A stretch of DNA of 64,000 nucleotides from a virus: positions 37,582 through 101,581 of the IMG/VR virus record IMGVR_UViG_3300020403_002374. One strand, 5' to 3'. Positions 9,802 through 19,500 of the stretch are shown one piece after another; position 1 is the stretch's first letter, and every line of letters starts with the position of its first letter. The position numbers and the translations under genes were made by a program. The notes below the pieces were generated by a model. The model was given only the letters and a program-made list of their open reading frames with translations. It had not been told where the DNA came from and searched no databases.

Positions 9802-10514
9802 AAATAATTGGTTTGATGCTTGCGTCGAATAATCAGGAAAATGGCCGGTCATATCTGGATATGGTCACTGCCTGTAAAGAGACGTGGATAAAAAAGAGAC
9901 ATCCTAATGTAGAGGTCATCTCCACTTGGGGAAAAACGTTTAATCCATACCTCACAGAAAAACTAAATAATAATGAGTGGATGTTAACTCAAGAAAATGA
10001 CCTATTGATAAACACTGAAGAGCATAGGGCAAACCTTTTAATTAAAACAGTTAAAGGTATGGAATGTGCCCTATTGAAATATCCAGATTTAGATTACGTC
10101 TTTAGGCCAAATTGCGGTAGCTATATCTGTACAGAACTGCTGTATGATTTTTTAAAAGATCAACCAGATAAGAACTACTATTCTGGAATGTTCGGAGATT
10201 ATAAGGGGGTAGAGTTTTGTTCAGGGTCTTGTACATTATACAGTAAAGATGTTGTAGAGCATATCGTAGAAAACCAATCTAAGTTACAGTACGATGGTTG
10301 GGATATGATGGACGATGTTAGTATGGGGAAATTCTTAAAAGAATCTGGTTACAAGCGAACTGACGGTGCAAAAAGAGTTATGATTCAAACAGAGCAACAG
10401 TTAGTAGAAAAATGGGACAAAAAATGCTATCATCATTATTTCTGTCATACTATAAATCCACAACTCATATACAAATGTCATGAATTATTCGAGGGGGTAA
10501 CAAATGAAAATTGA
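9798..10514 (+). CDS. Putative GT31/Fringe-like glycosyltransferase
   Basis: ACKETW, LLIKT..GM, DYVFR, FCSGS..LYSKD and MDDVSMG match by eye the GT31 order of motifs (TW...KT...xxG.GYvlS...EDV..G). The canonical DDD is replaced. Confidence 0.55.
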   Translation: MKIIGLMLASNNQENGRSYLDMVTACKETWIKKRHPNVEVISTWGKTFNPYLTEKLNNNEWMLTQENDLLINTEEHRANLLIKTVKGMECALLKYPDLDYVFRPNCGSYICTELLYDFLKDQPDKNYYSGMFGDYKGVEFCSGSCTLYSKDVVEHIVENQSKLQYDGWDMMDDVSMGKFLKESGYKRTDGAKRVMIQTEQQLVEKWDKKCYHHYFCHTINPQLIYKCHELFEGVTNEN

Positions 10515-11289
10515 TAGAATTGTTACGTCTATAAATGAGAACCCAGACTACGTTTCATTTGCACAGTCTACGTGTTGGATATGGCACAAGTTGGGGTATG
10601 CGGTCACACTAAATATTGTTGGGAACCATACGGTTGACGTAGGCGACACAGCAGAGGTTATCAATTGGGATAATCTACCGTCTGTAGAAAGCAACAAACA
10701 ATCTCAATTTATTAGAATGTATAATGCTAGTACATATGGCGATGAAAACTGTATGATTGCAGACATTGATATGATTCCTCTAAGTGATGCACCACTTTTG
10801 GCCTACAATAAAGTTCCAGAGGATCATCTAGCTCAATTCGGTTATGAACACCCAGCGTTTCAAGTATATCCAGATGTTGGAAAATGGCCCATGCATGGGA
10901 CCGCTGCAAAAGGTAATACATTTAAAGAAATTATTAATCCTCACAACAAGAGTCTGGAACAACTTGCGTTTGAATGGAATATTTCTATGTTAGACCATCG
11001 AGCAAGACCTATGGCTAATGGGTATTTTTGTGACGAATCTTTAATTAAGTGTCTTCTAGATAAATGGGTGGGAAAAACTAATAGAGTCAGTAGGATACGA
11101 AGAGAACAAGCTGGAGATTTTAAACAGCATGAAGATGGAGGCTATACTGTCTACGGAAGAATAGATAAAGAAAAATGGGACACCATAGAGGGTGAAAATT
11201 TACGGGATTATTTTGAAATTCATGGACCAAGACCGTTCACAAAAGAATGGTATGGTACAGTCATTGATTTTATAGGAGAAAACAAGTGA
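10504..11289 (+). CDS. GT-A glycosyltransferase-like protein
   Basis: SQFIRMY, MIADIDMIP (DXD), DESL and HGPRP motifs. Confidence 0.65.
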   Translation: MKIDRIVTSINENPDYVSFAQSTCWIWHKLGYAVTLNIVGNHTVDVGDTAEVINWDNLPSVESNKQSQFIRMYNASTYGDENCMIADIDMIPLSDAPLLAYNKVPEDHLAQFGYEHPAFQVYPDVGKWPMHGTAAKGNTFKEIINPHNKSLEQLAFEWNISMLDHRARPMANGYFCDESLIKCLLDKWVGKTNRVSRIRREQAGDFKQHEDGGYTVYGRIDKEKWDTIEGENLRDYFEIHGPRPFTKEWYGTVIDFIGENK

Positions 11290-11939
11290 TTTATACTCAC
11301 CCATTATTTACAAAATTTTTAGACAGAAATAACGTATCCACAATCGTAGAAGCTGGTGCTAGGTGGGGTGCGGAGTCTAGAGATTTGAGTGAATTTTATA
11401 GGCAGGCCGATATATATTCTTTTGAACCAAACCCTAACACAAGAGAAGATTGTAGAAATGAACTTGAGTCTTTGAGCAATGTAAAGTTCTACGATTTCGG
11501 ACTTGGTGACAAAAATGATGAACTTCCATTCTTTTCTACCCCAACCGGACACGAGGGCTCATCTTCTTTTTTGAAGCGAATAGATTTTGAAAGTTTTCAA
11601 GAGCAGACTGGTGTTATTAAAACTCTTAGGCTTGATGATTTTATGAGAAATGAAGGTATTCAGCATATCGACCTATTATGTATGGATGTTCAAGGTTTTG
11701 AACTAAACATATTAAAGGGTGCTGGAGAATTTATTGATAAGATTAAGTTTGTCATTATGGAAGAACCTACATCAGAGAAGTGGCCTGCATTTTTACCACA
11801 AGATATCCATTCTTTTTATGTGGGAGCACCGCCCGCATCAGAAATTCAACGTTTTATGATTGATAACGGATTTCAAGAAATTGCAAGAATAAGAGAAAAC
11901 GATGTAGAAGATAACGTTATGTATGGGAGAATCAAATGA
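11286..11939 (+). CDS. FkbM-family methyltransferase
   Basis: VEAGARWG, YSFEPNP, LDDF and IDLLCMDVQGFELNILKG motifs. Confidence 0.92.
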   Translation: MIYTHPLFTKFLDRNNVSTIVEAGARWGAESRDLSEFYRQADIYSFEPNPNTREDCRNELESLSNVKFYDFGLGDKNDELPFFSTPTGHEGSSSFLKRIDFESFQEQTGVIKTLRLDDFMRNEGIQHIDLLCMDVQGFELNILKGAGEFIDKIKFVIMEEPTSEKWPAFLPQDIHSFYVGAPPASEIQRFMIDNGFQEIARIRENDVEDNVMYGRIK

Positions 11940-12871
11940 AGGTATTACTAACTGGCGGATCAGGATTTCTGGGAAAGAATATTAGGCAAAACTTTCAAGA
12001 TAAACAGTATAGCCTTACATCTCTAAGTAGCAAGGTATATGACCTTAGAGATAGTTATGCCTGCAAGAAAGTAATAGAAAATTATAGCCCTGACGTTATT
12101 GTTCATGCTGCTGGCAGCGTTGGTGGTATTCAGGCAAATAAAGAAAATCCCGGTAAATTCATGTACGATAACCTTTCTATGGGTATGAACATGATTGAAC
12201 GCACCCGTCAATACCGAGATAAAACACAGAAAGATATAAAGTTTATTATGTTGGGCACAGTTTGTGCATATCCAAAATATACACCTACCCCATTTTTGGA
12301 AAGCCACCTCTGGGAAGGTTATCCAGAAGAAACCAACGCACCTTATGGCATCGCTAAGAAAACTTTGATGAAGATGGGCGAGACTTACCATGAACAATAT
12401 GGGATGAATATTGTAAATATTATTCCTGTTAATATGTATGGTCCATACGATCATTTTAATCTTACTAGTAGCCATGTAATACCTGCCCTTATTTTAAAGT
12501 TTTATAATGCCATCAAGAATAATCAGAAAGAAGTAGAGGTTTGGGGTACGGGTAGAGCATCAAGAGAGTTTTTATATGCTGATGATTGTGCCCAAGCAAT
12601 TCATTGTGCTATTCATGCCAATGTCGGACCTGAACCAATCAATATTGGGACCGGAAAAGAGATTACTATTATGGATCTAGCTTTTGAAATTGCTGAACAA
12701 ATGGCTTACGAAGGCGTTATTAAATGGCAATCCGACAAGCCGGATGGTCAGCCCCGCCGTTGCCTGAACACTCATCAGGCTACTGAGAAGTTAAACTTTC
12801 GAGCTTCAACGGATTTACAAACTGGACTTAAACATACCATCGAATGGTTTTTAAAGGAGAATCAAAAATGA
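11936..12871 (+). CDS. fcl: GDP-L-fucose synthase (GDP-4-keto-6-deoxymannose epimerase/reductase)
   Basis: TGGSGFLG, VGGIQAN, GTVCAYPK, PEETNAPYGIAK (YxxxK), SHVIPALI, WGTGRASREFLY and KPDGQPRR motifs. Confidence 0.93.
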   Translation: MKVLLTGGSGFLGKNIRQNFQDKQYSLTSLSSKVYDLRDSYACKKVIENYSPDVIVHAAGSVGGIQANKENPGKFMYDNLSMGMNMIERTRQYRDKTQKDIKFIMLGTVCAYPKYTPTPFLESHLWEGYPEETNAPYGIAKKTLMKMGETYHEQYGMNIVNIIPVNMYGPYDHFNLTSSHVIPALILKFYNAIKNNQKEVEVWGTGRASREFLYADDCAQAIHCAIHANVGPEPINIGTGKEITIMDLAFEIAEQMAYEGVIKWQSDKPDGQPRRCLNTHQATEKLNFRASTDLQTGLKHTIEWFLKENQK

Positions 12872-13305
12872 AACTAGCATTTTATGTTGACACAAATGGT
12901 GGAACACCTCTAAACACAGAAATATACAATTTTCTAAATGAGAATATTGATGAGCTAGAAGATGCGGCAGTGTTTTTTGAGAACACAAACTTTAATCCTG
13001 TGCAGGTAAAGTTTGGGATGTTTGATGCTGCGGATATTTGGAGTTTTAGTGGAGACCTTGTTTGTACTTCTCCAAGCTCATTTGCTAAAGCAAGAAATGT
13101 GGTTAACGACCAAAAGATATGTTATATGTTTGACTCTAGTCAAAAAAGAGAAGAATCCTTATTTGATTTATTCTGGATCTCTCAAAGCGTTAAGGTATTT
13201 GTGAACAATGAAACAGATGCAAATATTTTTTACAGAATTACGGGTGTTAAGCCTGTAAATATAGAAGGTTTTAATTTAAGTAAGCTAAAAGAGGTATTCC
13301 AATGA
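12868..13305 (+). CDS. Hypothetical protein (small alpha/beta, possibly a GT-B half domain)
   Basis: ATG 12868 follows AAGGAG and overlaps the fcl stop. No recognisable motif. Confidence 0.5.
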   Translation: MKLAFYVDTNGGTPLNTEIYNFLNENIDELEDAAVFFENTNFNPVQVKFGMFDAADIWSFSGDLVCTSPSSFAKARNVVNDQKICYMFDSSQKREESLFDLFWISQSVKVFVNNETDANIFYRITGVKPVNIEGFNLSKLKEVFQ

Positions 13306-14066
13306 ATGATTTTGATAAACAAGTCATCGAACTCTACAACGAAAAGAACAAGAGTACTTATGAGATAGCTAAACAGTTGGAGACATATCCTAACAAGATT
13401 AGACGAACGCTAATCAAACACGGTTATGAATTGAAGGATAAAAGTGCGGCACAAAAAGCTGCACTAAACTCTGGTCGTAGCCTACATCCAACTGCGGGTA
13501 AAAAAAGAACTGAGCAGCAAAAAATAGCTATCAGTAAAGGGTTGGTAAGTTATTGGGAAGAAATGAGTGATAAAGAAAAAGCAAGAAGAGTTAGGCAAGC
13601 AAAAAATAATTGGAAAAATATGTCGTCAGAACAAAGAGAAGTTATGAGATCTAAGGGAATCGCTGCTATTCGTGCCGCAGCGAAAGAAGGGTCGAAGATG
13701 GAAAAATGGGTAAAAGATAGGCTGGAAGAGGCTGGGTTTTTTGTTCGTATGCATGTTTTGATAATTCCTGCTGAAAATCTAGAAATTGACTTGTATATTC
13801 CTGAATTGAAGACTATAATAGAGGTAGATGGGCCTAGTCATTTTTTACCAATCTGGGGAGAGGACAAACTCCAGAAACAGGTAAATGCTGACTTGAGGAA
13901 GTCAGGTTCTCTCCTATCTAAAGGATACGCAGTGATCCGTTTGAAGTCACTGGGACAGGAAAGTTTGGCGAAACGTGAAGAAATGTTATCGTCCGTAGTA
14001 GACGAAGTAATTAAGATTTCAAAGAAGTTCCCGCCAAAGGCAAAGCGTTTTATAGAGGTTGAATAA
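13302..14066 (+). CDS. HTH + NUMOD3-like + DUF559/Vsr-type PD-(D/E)XK endonuclease (homing-endonuclease-like)
   Basis: N-terminal STYEIAKQL HTH, GKKRTEQQKIAIS basic repeat, and EIDLYIPELKTIIEVDGPSH...GYAVIRL nuclease domain. Confidence 0.8.
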   Translation: MNDFDKQVIELYNEKNKSTYEIAKQLETYPNKIRRTLIKHGYELKDKSAAQKAALNSGRSLHPTAGKKRTEQQKIAISKGLVSYWEEMSDKEKARRVRQAKNNWKNMSSEQREVMRSKGIAAIRAAAKEGSKMEKWVKDRLEEAGFFVRMHVLIIPAENLEIDLYIPELKTIIEVDGPSHFLPIWGEDKLQKQVNADLRKSGSLLSKGYAVIRLKSLGQESLAKREEMLSSVVDEVIKISKKFPPKAKRFIEVE

Positions 14067-14824
14067 TGAGTGATGATATGTTTGAGGGCGTTGCTCTTGA
14101 GACTCCAGTAAGTGTTGACACTAGCGTAAAAGATGAGATTGTGGCAGATGGTCCAGACCCCACATCTCCAGAATGGAACGACTATGTTCTTGGTTTATTT
14201 GCTGAAAACGAGTTGTACGATGGTAGACCATTGTGTGCTGGTCTCAGGAGAGTAGCAGAACTTCTGCTAGGAAGGATCGTTATCAGTAGACCTACTCAGG
14301 TTTTCCCCCCTACAGCGGGGGACACTATTGGTAGAGCTACTGTTATTTGGGAAGTGGTATTTGAAGATGGTAGTATTTTCAGTGACGTTGCAGACTGCTG
14401 GGAAGGTAACACAGACGACACATTTTGCGTCTTTAACACTGCTACAGCAGCAACCAGAGCAGAGGGTAGGGCTTTAAGAAAGGCTCTTAGACTCAAGACT
14501 GTGGCCGCAGAAGAGATGACCAAGAAGAATACCGCAAGTATTGTACGTAGTATTAGCCAAACTAAGGCGATGGAAGCGACAGAAGGCGAGTATAATGATT
14601 CGCAGAGAATGACTGACCCACAAGCCAACTTCATTGATGTCAAGTGTAAGCAGTTGAACCTTAACGTCGCGGAATTCTTTAAGGTGGTATTCGACGTAAA
14701 TGTAAAGAGAAAAGTAGATAAGGGTCAAGCGAGTGCTGCGATCCAAAAACTTAATGATTTCCAAGCTGACAAGGGTCTCATTCCAGACTCTATCAACTCT
14801 TACTCATCCGATTGGAGGGATTAA
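14066..14824 (+). CDS. Probable Rad52/Sak-like single-strand annealing recombinase
   Basis: RATVIWEV...SDVAD...ATAATRAEGRALRKAL...AAEEM, plus C-terminal MTDPQANFI and ASAAIQKL helices seen in phage SSAPs. Confidence 0.6.
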   Translation: MSDDMFEGVALETPVSVDTSVKDEIVADGPDPTSPEWNDYVLGLFAENELYDGRPLCAGLRRVAELLLGRIVISRPTQVFPPTAGDTIGRATVIWEVVFEDGSIFSDVADCWEGNTDDTFCVFNTATAATRAEGRALRKALRLKTVAAEEMTKKNTASIVRSISQTKAMEATEGEYNDSQRMTDPQANFIDVKCKQLNLNVAEFFKVVFDVNVKRKVDKGQASAAIQKLNDFQADKGLIPDSINSYSSDWRD

Positions 14825-15156
14825 TGAAAGTAAATTATACTTCAAAAAATGGTCGCATTTCAGTTGAATTGGAAGGCGATGGTCAAAGAGAGATTTTCGA
14901 GCAGATCTCAAGATTTCAAGAGGTTTTTGAAGAAGCCTCATGTGGAAAATGTGGCTCTGACAATATTAAATTCGTTGTTCGTAATGTAGATGATAACATG
15001 TACTATGAACTTCGTTGTCAAGATTGTGGAGCAAGGTTGTCCTTTGGTTCTCATAAGAAAGGGGGTGGTTTGTTTCCAAAACGTAAAGATGGCGACAACT
15101 GGCTACCTGACCGTGGTTGGGTAAAGTGGAATCCCAAGACTGAAAAGAACGAATAA
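14824..15156 (+). CDS. Zn-ribbon protein, possible ssDNA-binding or recombination accessory
   Basis: CGKC...CQDC. Translationally coupled to the SSAP-like gene (TAATG). Confidence 0.6.
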   Translation: MKVNYTSKNGRISVELEGDGQREIFEQISRFQEVFEEASCGKCGSDNIKFVVRNVDDNMYYELRCQDCGARLSFGSHKKGGGLFPKRKDGDNWLPDRGWVKWNPKTEKNE

Positions 15157-15164
15157 AGGAGGAT

Positions 15165-15200
15165 AAAAGAAAAGGGGTGGCAAAAACCACCCCTTTTTTC
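15165..15200. terminator. Bidirectional rho-independent terminator between the convergent operons
   Basis: AAAAGGGGTGG-caaaaa-CCACCCCTTTT perfect inverted repeat, with an A-tract on the left and a T-tract on the right. Confidence 0.92.
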
Positions 15201-15219
15201 TATTTCTACACTAAAATTA

Positions 15220-15684
15220 TTAGGTAGGTGTAGATTCAATCAAAACTCTGGCAGTAAGAGTACCGGTAGCACTTACAGTCTGACCTTGGTGTGCATACCA
15301 CTGCAAGTCAGTCATTGCATCTTGCAACTTATTCGCTCCCCACTTATCGGTGTTACCAGCTTGCCAAACAAACGGTTCGCCACGGGTCAAGTTAACAATA
15401 ACATTTGTTCCGCCATCATCCATGAGATAGCCAGAAGCGGCACTTGCACCTGTAATTTGAGCGGCAGTCTGCTCCCACAGAAACAATACAGATTGTGCGT
15501 CAGCAGCAGTCTCAAGATTAAAGCCGGGAATCGTTTTTGCTGATGTGATAGTGCCGTGTCCTACTACTTCAGCAGAGATATTAATCTCTAAATTACCAGT
15601 CTTTGAATAGTTCTCTGTAATAGATTTAGTTGAACCACCGGCTGTGTAATTTGTAGTTTGAGCAATAACGTGTGTAAAAGACAT
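15220..15684 (-). CDS. Hypothetical protein, probably a small virion protein
   Basis: Thr/Ala/Gly-rich with beta character. AGGAG RBS. Last gene of the structural block. Confidence 0.55.
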   Translation of the reverse strand: MSFTHVIAQTTNYTAGGSTKSITENYSKTGNLEINISAEVVGHGTITSAKTIPGFNLETAADAQSVLFLWEQTAAQITGASAASGYLMDDGGTNVIVNLTRGEPFVWQAGNTDKWGANKLQDAMTDLQWYAHQGQTVSATGTLTARVLIESTPT

Positions 15685-15711
15685 GTCAAAATCTCCTATT
15701 TAAAATATTCG

Positions 15712-16503
15712 TTATAGGTATTCTAGTGTAAAGTAAAGTCCAAAATCAGTTTTGCTTCCAATACTATCGGGGGAAGCACTCAAGGCTACGTACCAGTCGT
15801 GACGTGTTGCACGACAAGAGTTGCCAGATCTTGCAATATAATTAGTATATCCGCCCGCTGTGGAAACATTTGAACCCGGACTATCTTCTGCAATTCTTGT
15901 TTCGTCACCGCTAGTATTCAATCCACTTGGCCCCGGACCGGGAGTCATTACCAAGTCTGCCATAGCAGTTCCATCTGTATACTCACTCCATTGATGAACG
16001 TCATCTTCGCCCCTAAATTTTAATGGGCCAATATCAGAGTCGTAATCGACTCCTTCTGTGGGATTAGGATGCCTAATCTCATAGACTTGAGTAGTAACAC
16101 CAACCGCATGTGTATTGATGTCGTTCCTGTCGAAGATTCTTAATTTGCAGTTCTGAACCCTTACACCAGCAGCATCATCATGCTCGAATCTAATATTCAA
16201 TGGTGCTTGAAAGTTTGGAATTCCAGAAACTCCAATTGGAGTCGTAGAGGATTGGATAAGACAAGTATTCTCATCGGCAGTTTCTACGTACTTAATATTT
16301 GAGCATCTAACACCAGAGGCGGTTCCTGCGGCGTTTGTTACGTATGTCGAGGTTTGATATTCACCAACTGGCACAGAGATACCAAATCCACCACCAAAAA
16401 AGCCAAGACCGGACCCGGCAGTGTGGTTGATAGTATCTGGCGAAGTCGAATGATCGGATACAAGCCAATCGTTATTATTCGCATGAAATGTAATTGTAGG
16501 CAT
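15712..16503 (-). CDS. Putative virion structural protein (beta-rich)
   Basis: AGGAG RBS and a candidate late promoter directly upstream. Contains 6 Ser-Gly sites. Confidence 0.6.
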   Translation of the reverse strand: MPTITFHANNNDWLVSDHSTSPDTINHTAGSGLGFFGGGFGISVPVGEYQTSTYVTNAAGTASGVRCSNIKYVETADENTCLIQSSTTPIGVSGIPNFQAPLNIRFEHDDAAGVRVQNCKLRIFDRNDINTHAVGVTTQVYEIRHPNPTEGVDYDSDIGPLKFRGEDDVHQWSEYTDGTAMADLVMTPGPGPSGLNTSGDETRIAEDSPGSNVSTAGGYTNYIARSGNSCRATRHDWYVALSASPDSIGSKTDFGLYFTLEYL

Positions 16504-16536
16504 TATTTTGATCTCCTATTAAAAGATATCCGTATT

Positions 16537-16551
16537 ATTATACACAAAAAT
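16537..16551 (-). promoter_or_regulatory. Candidate late promoter ATTTTTGTGTATAAT, copy 1
   Basis: Intergenic, 34 nt upstream of the 16503 start. An identical 15-mer lies at 52803-52817. Confidence 0.7.
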
Positions 16552-16553
16552 GG

Positions 16554-19500
16554 TTAAGATGTTGAAATAGAGGCGGAAATAAATTGCTCCGTAAGTTTCA
16601 TAGACGCAGAACCTCCGGCAGGACCAGCACCGTGAAACTTTGCATCGTAATCACCAGCAAGCCAAGTCATAGATGTATCGTTGTGGAAACGGTAAAAAAC
16701 GTCATATGCATTATTTTCTGATAAGAAATTAGGATCTAACACAATCTCAGTCTCGTTCTGTTCTACAACAAAGGCATCAGCCGCTCCGGTGTCTTGATCG
16801 TTGTAAGTCCCCTGTGTAAATTGTGGTGCTGTTTTTGATGATGAAACTATAAATTCCGTTTGGTTTTGTGCGTCAATTACTTGACGAGGTTTAGGGTCAG
16901 TAACTACATAGGATTGAATTTGTGGAGCTAAGAAAGAAAGATCCAAATCTTTCCCATTTGTAGACTCTATAATGTCTAATCTAATTGGTCCTTTAAATCC
17001 ACTACTCAAAATAGTGCCGCTAGAAATTGTGTTTGTAACGTTGACCCCAATACCCTCATATTTGAGTTTTACTGGGACACCCTCACCTACACCAGCAATA
17101 TCAGCAACCTCAGTGACACGTAATACCACGTTTTTACTTTCTATTCCAACCTTATCTCCCACACTAAATCCCGTACCAAATCCATTACCATTGTAAATGA
17201 TTGATTTGATTTGATTACTAGTCAAATCAGTGATAAATGAAGGGTTTTCATTAAATGGGGCCTGTGTCTTTGGAAACATTTGGTGATCCAGTCCATCTAG
17301 TAATATGTTGATTTCCGATTCATGCCAATTATCTGCAACTGATGGGACACCTTGTTCGTAAGAAAAATATCTATATGGTAATAGTTTACCAACCCGCGAG
17401 GTGACAATAGGCCAAAATTGCTCATCTGCCAAGGGTGGATCGAAAAACGATGGTGTTGGATTTGTCAGGTCTATAGTAGCATTAGAGAACATAAGAGAGC
17501 CAGATTCCAAGTATTGTGTAACATAATAACCGTCGTTTGCATGTACTTCTGCTCCTGCATACGAGGTATCTTCATGCAACAACCATCTAGCCGGTCTTTT
17601 AAAGTCCACTGTGCTACTTGGTACAGGTGCGAAATAATTCCAAACAATCGGTTCTCCTGCTGCATTTTGACCAGATAGCTCTTTCTTCAAACCATTTCGA
17701 TTCGATAGTGTTACTGAAGAACCGGTATCATCGTAAGCAATTATTCTATTCCAGCTAAAAGCACTGTTGTTGTTAAAGTTTGTAGTATTACTTGTTCTGT
17801 CTAAATACATGTCATAGGCATAATCTATATCTGGATTGTAATGGTGGACTGCAAATACTCTTGGATCATATACAGTTTGATTTCTTGGATGTTCATGGAA
17901 TATTCTAGCGGCAAGCAAAGCATAGCCTATTTTTTGGTAGTCTGGCAGAGGACCAGCCGCTCCCCAAGTATGTGTAATGTCAAAGGAAACACCCCCGCCA
18001 AATTTAAATTCTGCTGATACATCATTTCCCATGCCATACTTGTTGTCAGTGGTAATTGTAATAGACTTTGTTGCTCTAACTGTTGTGAATGTACTAATTA
18101 CACCAAACGCATTAGGACCAAGCCGCATGGATGGCGGTGCCCACTGAAACGCACCGTCACCAGTTTGACCCAGAAACGAACCGATAATATTCTTCTCTGT
18201 AGCCCAATAACACTGCTTGCTCAAACCATTATAGCTATATTTGTATATATCATCTATATCTGATCCATACTTAAGTCCGTTTTGAATGTCAAATAACTGA
18301 TTTTTATAATTAAATTTATCTTGAAACTCTCTGGTTTCAAAACATCTAGTAACTGGTCTACTGAAGTCAAATTGGGTTCTGTGAATTTCAGATTCCATCC
18401 CCGTTCTCACTTCTTTGGTCGTTGTAGTAAGATTTTGAGGGCTACTAGTATTGTCTGGATCTTGAGGTGGATTTGCCTTTTTGCTTCCAAATTGCTGATA
18501 AGCCTCGATCTTTAATGGTCTAAACATTAATGTTCCGCCAATAGGTTTAAAATCAAAGGCACTATCATTTTCAGAATATTTAGGTGTCTCACCCTGTACG
18601 GCTTCTACCTTTCTAAGGTATTCGTTTGCACCCTTGTATATGTTTGTATCTCTAGCTGGAACCCCAGCCTCATACATATCAGCCAATTTATGAATACTGT
18701 AAAGCGGGCTACCATTGACACCAGAGGGTGAAGCGTTAAGAGCTATATCTGCTGGTAACTGTACTAAAGCTGTTGATCCGTTGACAGTTTCCTGAAAAAA
18801 CATAGAACCTTCTGGATGAAAATGACATCTTGACCATCTGTGGTCTATGTCGCCATCAAGATCTTGCCTTGGTTCATTGGCAGGTTTAGAGTTTGCATGA
18901 CGACAATTGTTTCTGTTAGTACCTGCGTTAACGTCAAAACCTTCTGGATCTCCAACTTGAAAAGGTTTTGCATCTGCTGCTATCTGACCCGCTGTGAAAG
19001 ATTGCAAATTAGACTCACGAGAAGCTCTAAGACCTGTAAAATAAGACCAAGGTTGTGCTACATAATCTCTACTCTCACCAAAATAATCACTATTACTGGC
19101 GTATCCGCCTTCAACAAGCAAACCAAAAAAGCCTCCGGTGTATGCACCATTCCTACCGTAAATGCGATTCCCCGGATTTGCATTAATATTTATGCCGCAA
19201 GAATTCGTTTTAGGGTTGGTGGTAGCGATAGTGCAAATATCGGATTCGCCTGCTGCACGACCTCTAATTCCGCAAACTTTTGAATCAAGACAATCAAAAC
19301 TAGTGGTTTGAACATATCCTCGTGCTGGAATCCAATAATGTCTATTCTCAGGTATCTTATTGCTGAACGGTTTTATATGGTTATATCCACCATCTTGTCC
19401 GTAGTCAATATCATAATTTAATTCGTAATCATATTGATGTGAACCATAAAATGGATATTTACCAAAAAGAGCGTTGGTGTGTTCATTAAACCTGTTATAA

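Noticed and set aside
1-13305. Bacterial O-antigen/capsule locus interpretation
   Set aside because: No wzx, wzy, wzz, ABC exporter or initiating transferase is visible. Gene packing is phage-like and contiguous with virion genes.
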